A DNA stretch of 64,000 nucleotides. Origin: an uncultured Verrucomicrobiae bacterium. Lineage in GTDB: Bacteria; Chlamydiota; Chlamydiia; Chlamydiales; Rhabdochlamydiaceae. This document shows positions 61,523 to 64,000 of the stretch, piece after piece. The translations under genes and the position numbers were made by a program. The notes under the pieces are model-generated. The model was not told where the DNA came from. It was given only the letters and a program-made list of their open reading frames with translations, and ran no database searches. The stretch is taken from positions 1,504,001-1,568,000 of the forward strand of contig CAVSUE010000001.1 in NCBI GenBank assembly GCA_963731265.1. The letters run 5' to 3'. Numbering within the stretch: position 1 is the first letter of the stretch; each line of letters opens with the position of its first letter.

Positions 61523-61666
61523 ACCAATCCTCGAAAACAGTTGCATTTCAGCGCGTGAAAGCGCCACCTCTCGACAATCGTAAGTTGGATTGTATTGAAT
61601 ACTTGCGATCGTCGAATCACGACAGCTTTAACGCAGCTGAAATGCAAGTTATTTTCTAGGATTGGT
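61523..61666. mobile_element. MITE-like element, family F (family-B-like core, different TIRs)
   Basis: ACCAATCCTCGAAAACAGTTGCATTTCAGC / GCTGAAATGCAAGTTATTTTCTAGGATTGGT. Core resembles 30709-30778. Confidence 0.7.
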
Positions 61667-61688
61667 TTAACATGGGGGGCCTTTTCTA

Positions 61689-64000
61689 ATGAAACAGCGC
61701 GGCTCAAAACCGTCTTTAAAAAAAGGAATTTTTCTCTCTACATCCATTCTTTCACTCTGTTTTTTTGCGCTTTCCCCCTCCACAACTATAAGAATATATG
61801 ATCAAGCTTTATCCATTGGGATTGCCGCCGTATTGGAGCCTGTCTCTCATTTAACGCGCTTGGGATGGGGAATTTGTCAAATGACTCCCTGGGCATCAAC
61901 AATTGGAAACGAACTGTTTCTTTTGAGCCATTTGTGCGGCTCGGCGGCTCAAAAGGTCTTTGCTCAAATTTTCAAAGATCCGCCTGCGCCTAATCAACTC
62001 CCCTTTTTCGAAGCAGCCCTTCCTTCCCACTCTTCTTGGCACCTTAACAAAATGCTTTTTTCTCAAATCTCCGCTTCTTCTCTTCAAGAAGAAAAGCTTC
62101 TTCTGTTTTTGCAAAGGCGTTGGCTTGCCAAGTCGACGGGGTTTTATCCTTTCCTGGTCGATTGGACCTGTCCCCGTTTTGGAGTTTGTCTGCAAATTCA
62201 TCCGGAAACGACAAGCGCTTATGCGAGAAATCCTTGCAACAAATTGAGTGAAACTTATGAAAAAACAGTGAAAATCTGGAAAAAATCCCTTCCACACCCC
62301 GACCATTTTCCTCTCATCTTGACCCGCCCTGCCGACCTTCACGAATATTTCCCCGCTTATCTCAAAATTGTTAAGAGCGATGAAATACAGAATTCTGTGG
62401 AAAAGCTCATTCCCATGCTTTCCGCGCCGGATTCACGCGTCATAGTCGATTTTACCGAAGCGTTGTCAAATCAGGGAACATGGCCTGATGCTTGGGCTGA
62501 GCTCCGTCTCTCTTTTTTGCAAAGATGCGAAGAGCTGCAATTAGATCTCAATCGCATCATATGCATCGAAAAGGGAGAATTAGAGCATCTTGGAGGGATA
62601 CGTATTCTTCCCCTGCAAGCCCATTTTGCAGACAAGAGCGAGTCCCACTTTCAATTTCTATTAGAATGGATCTCCCGCTTTGGGCTCACGGCGAACCGTG
62701 TCGAACTGGATAGGTCGTTTTTATTTCCGGCAGCACGAAACGATGGTTCTAAAAGACCTGCAGGGTTGCCGCTCGCACAATTTCGTGCCGCTCTCCAAAC
62801 GTTCGAACTGAACTGGAATGAAGGGAAACCTTATGAAACCCTCATGGTCAATGGGGCATTGCAAGTTCTTAAGGAGCTGACTGCCTGTTTGGATGAAAAT
62901 GAAATCGGGAATTCTCCGATTAAGTCCTCCATTGCGGAGCTCTGCTTCTTAAAATTGCAGGACCGTTTGATGGGTCTGACTAAAATAAGCGATCAAGTCT
63001 TGTTTTTTGATATGATGGAGCAAATCCACGCTGAGATTTCTACTCTCGTCGCAATTGTTTCTCCTTTTTCTTTAAATGACTTTTCCAAAATTTATAGGGA
63101 CCTTCTCACCATTCCTGCAAAACTCCAACCTTTGGCTTCGTTCAGCATTCATTCTTCAGGAATGAGCAGTCTCGCCGGCATCTTTAAAGCGGTAAGAGGA
63201 AGCATTGGAAAAACGCCGCGCGTCCTTTATGGGGAGAACACCTATTTTGAATGCATTCTCGCAGCTGAAGCGATCTCTCATGCCATTGCAATCGAAGAAG
63301 CCACAGAAGAGGATTTTAGCCAAGCTGATCTTCTATTGGCCCAATTCAACCCTGTCTTAAAGCGGATCGACCTTCAACAGACCGAATATCGAGTAGAGAA
63401 AATTGCAGCTCCCCTGCATCGAGCGCTAGCGATGAAAAGGAGCAAGCCTTTGACCCTGGCTTTGGACTGCACGATGGATTACATCGATTCGACTCGTGTC
63501 GCACGTCTTTTAGAAGAATTTCAAGAGGAGATCGAAGAGGGGGGGCTGAACGTCGTTTGCTATCGCAGCGGCCTAAAGTTCGATCTCTTCGGGATGGACA
63601 ATTACTGCGGGGCTCCTTTCTATATGGTCCATAAGCAAGGTCCAGAGTGGGCTCAGTTCGATTCTTTGTTGAACGATCCCGTACTTGTTACGGATTCCCT
63701 GAGCCTCAATTGGTTCTGCCTTGCCTATCAATCCGCTGCAGACCAATTGGACCTCTATCGGAAACAGATCTTCGATAATACGAGAGCTCTTCTGGATAGA
63801 ATCCCTCCGAGATTATTTTCTGAGCATTCTAAATACCGTGTGATCCCTGTCCAAAGAAGTGCCGATGCTGCATTCATCGATATTAAGATCTACGCTCCCC
63901 TCCATACCCTTCGAGGAAGTCTTCTTGCAGGCGGCTGCCTTTATTACAAATCCATGGAAGCGGGACTACCCATTTTTTTCCGCCCGAGCTTGGGACTGTA
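61689..64000 (+). CDS. Large hypothetical protein, truncated by the window end; possible PLP-dependent fold in the C-terminal half
   Basis: Frame from ATG 61689 (MKQRGSKPSLKKGIFLSTSILSLCFF…), absent from the track, consistent with having no stop in the window. In-frame HSSGMSSL, LALDCT and RSGLKF. Confidence 0.65.
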   Translation, partial: MKQRGSKPSLKKGIFLSTSILSLCFFALSPSTTIRIYDQALSIGIAAVLEPVSHLTRLGWGICQMTPWASTIGNELFLLSHLCGSAAQKVFAQIFKDPPAPNQLPFFEAALPSHSSWHLNKMLFSQISASSLQEEKLLLFLQRRWLAKSTGFYPFLVDWTCPRFGVCLQIHPETTSAYARNPCNKLSETYEKTVKIWKKSLPHPDHFPLILTRPADLHEYFPAYLKIVKSDEIQNSVEKLIPMLSAPDSRVIVDFTEALSNQGTWPDAWAELRLSFLQRCEELQLDLNRIICIEKGELEHLGGIRILPLQAHFADKSESHFQFLLEWISRFGLTANRVELDRSFLFPAARNDGSKRPAGLPLAQFRAALQTFELNWNEGKPYETLMVNGALQVLKELTACLDENEIGNSPIKSSIAELCFLKLQDRLMGLTKISDQVLFFDMMEQIHAEISTLVAIVSPFSLNDFSKIYRDLLTIPAKLQPLASFSIHSSGMSSLAGIFKAVRGSIGKTPRVLYGENTYFECILAAEAISHAIAIEEATEEDFSQADLLLAQFNPVLKRIDLQQTEYRVEKIAAPLHRALAMKRSKPLTLALDCTMDYIDSTRVARLLEEFQEEIEEGGLNVVCYRSGLKFDLFGMDNYCGAPFYMVHKQGPEWAQFDSLLNDPVLVTDSLSLNWFCLAYQSAADQLDLYRKQIFDNTRALLDRIPPRLFSEHSKYRVIPVQRSADAAFIDIKIYAPLHTLRGSLLAGGCLYYKSMEAGLPIFFRPSLGL

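Overview
Chromosomal window from an environmental member of phylum Chlamydiota. Evidence: the 16S signature GTGGATGAGGCATGC, a stand-alone SWIB-domain protein, an NTT/Npt nucleotide transporter, a DUF2608-like protein and a eukaryote-like sterol reductase. It holds one complete minus-strand rRNA operon (16S, tRNA-Ala, tRNA-Ile, 23S, 5S) and housekeeping genes (adk, upp, hemB, msrA, ABC-F, RlmK-like MTase, MFS/DMT transporters). The accessory content is rich. (1) An RNA-repair locus where a 2H-phosphoesterase is fused to an archease domain and overlaps rtcB. (2) Four tandem AnkX-like Fic genes with a variant HPxxDGTART motif. (3) Further effector-like genes: a CX5R phosphatase, a PARG-like protein, a RelA/SpoT-like NTase, an Inc-like CBM20 protein, an ankyrin protein and an F-box/WD40 pseudogene. 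Four of the effector-like proteins (the CX5R phosphatase, the PARG-like protein and two Fic copies) share an N-terminal L[DN]FT[IL]x[VLI]P motif. (4) An NHEJ/stress cluster with Ku, a split LigD and a Nei-like glycosylase lacking the catalytic Pro. (5) adk and upp both carry signal-peptide-like leaders. (6) Many palindromic MITE-like elements with interchangeable ends and cores. All calls come from motif recognition by eye; no database searches were run.
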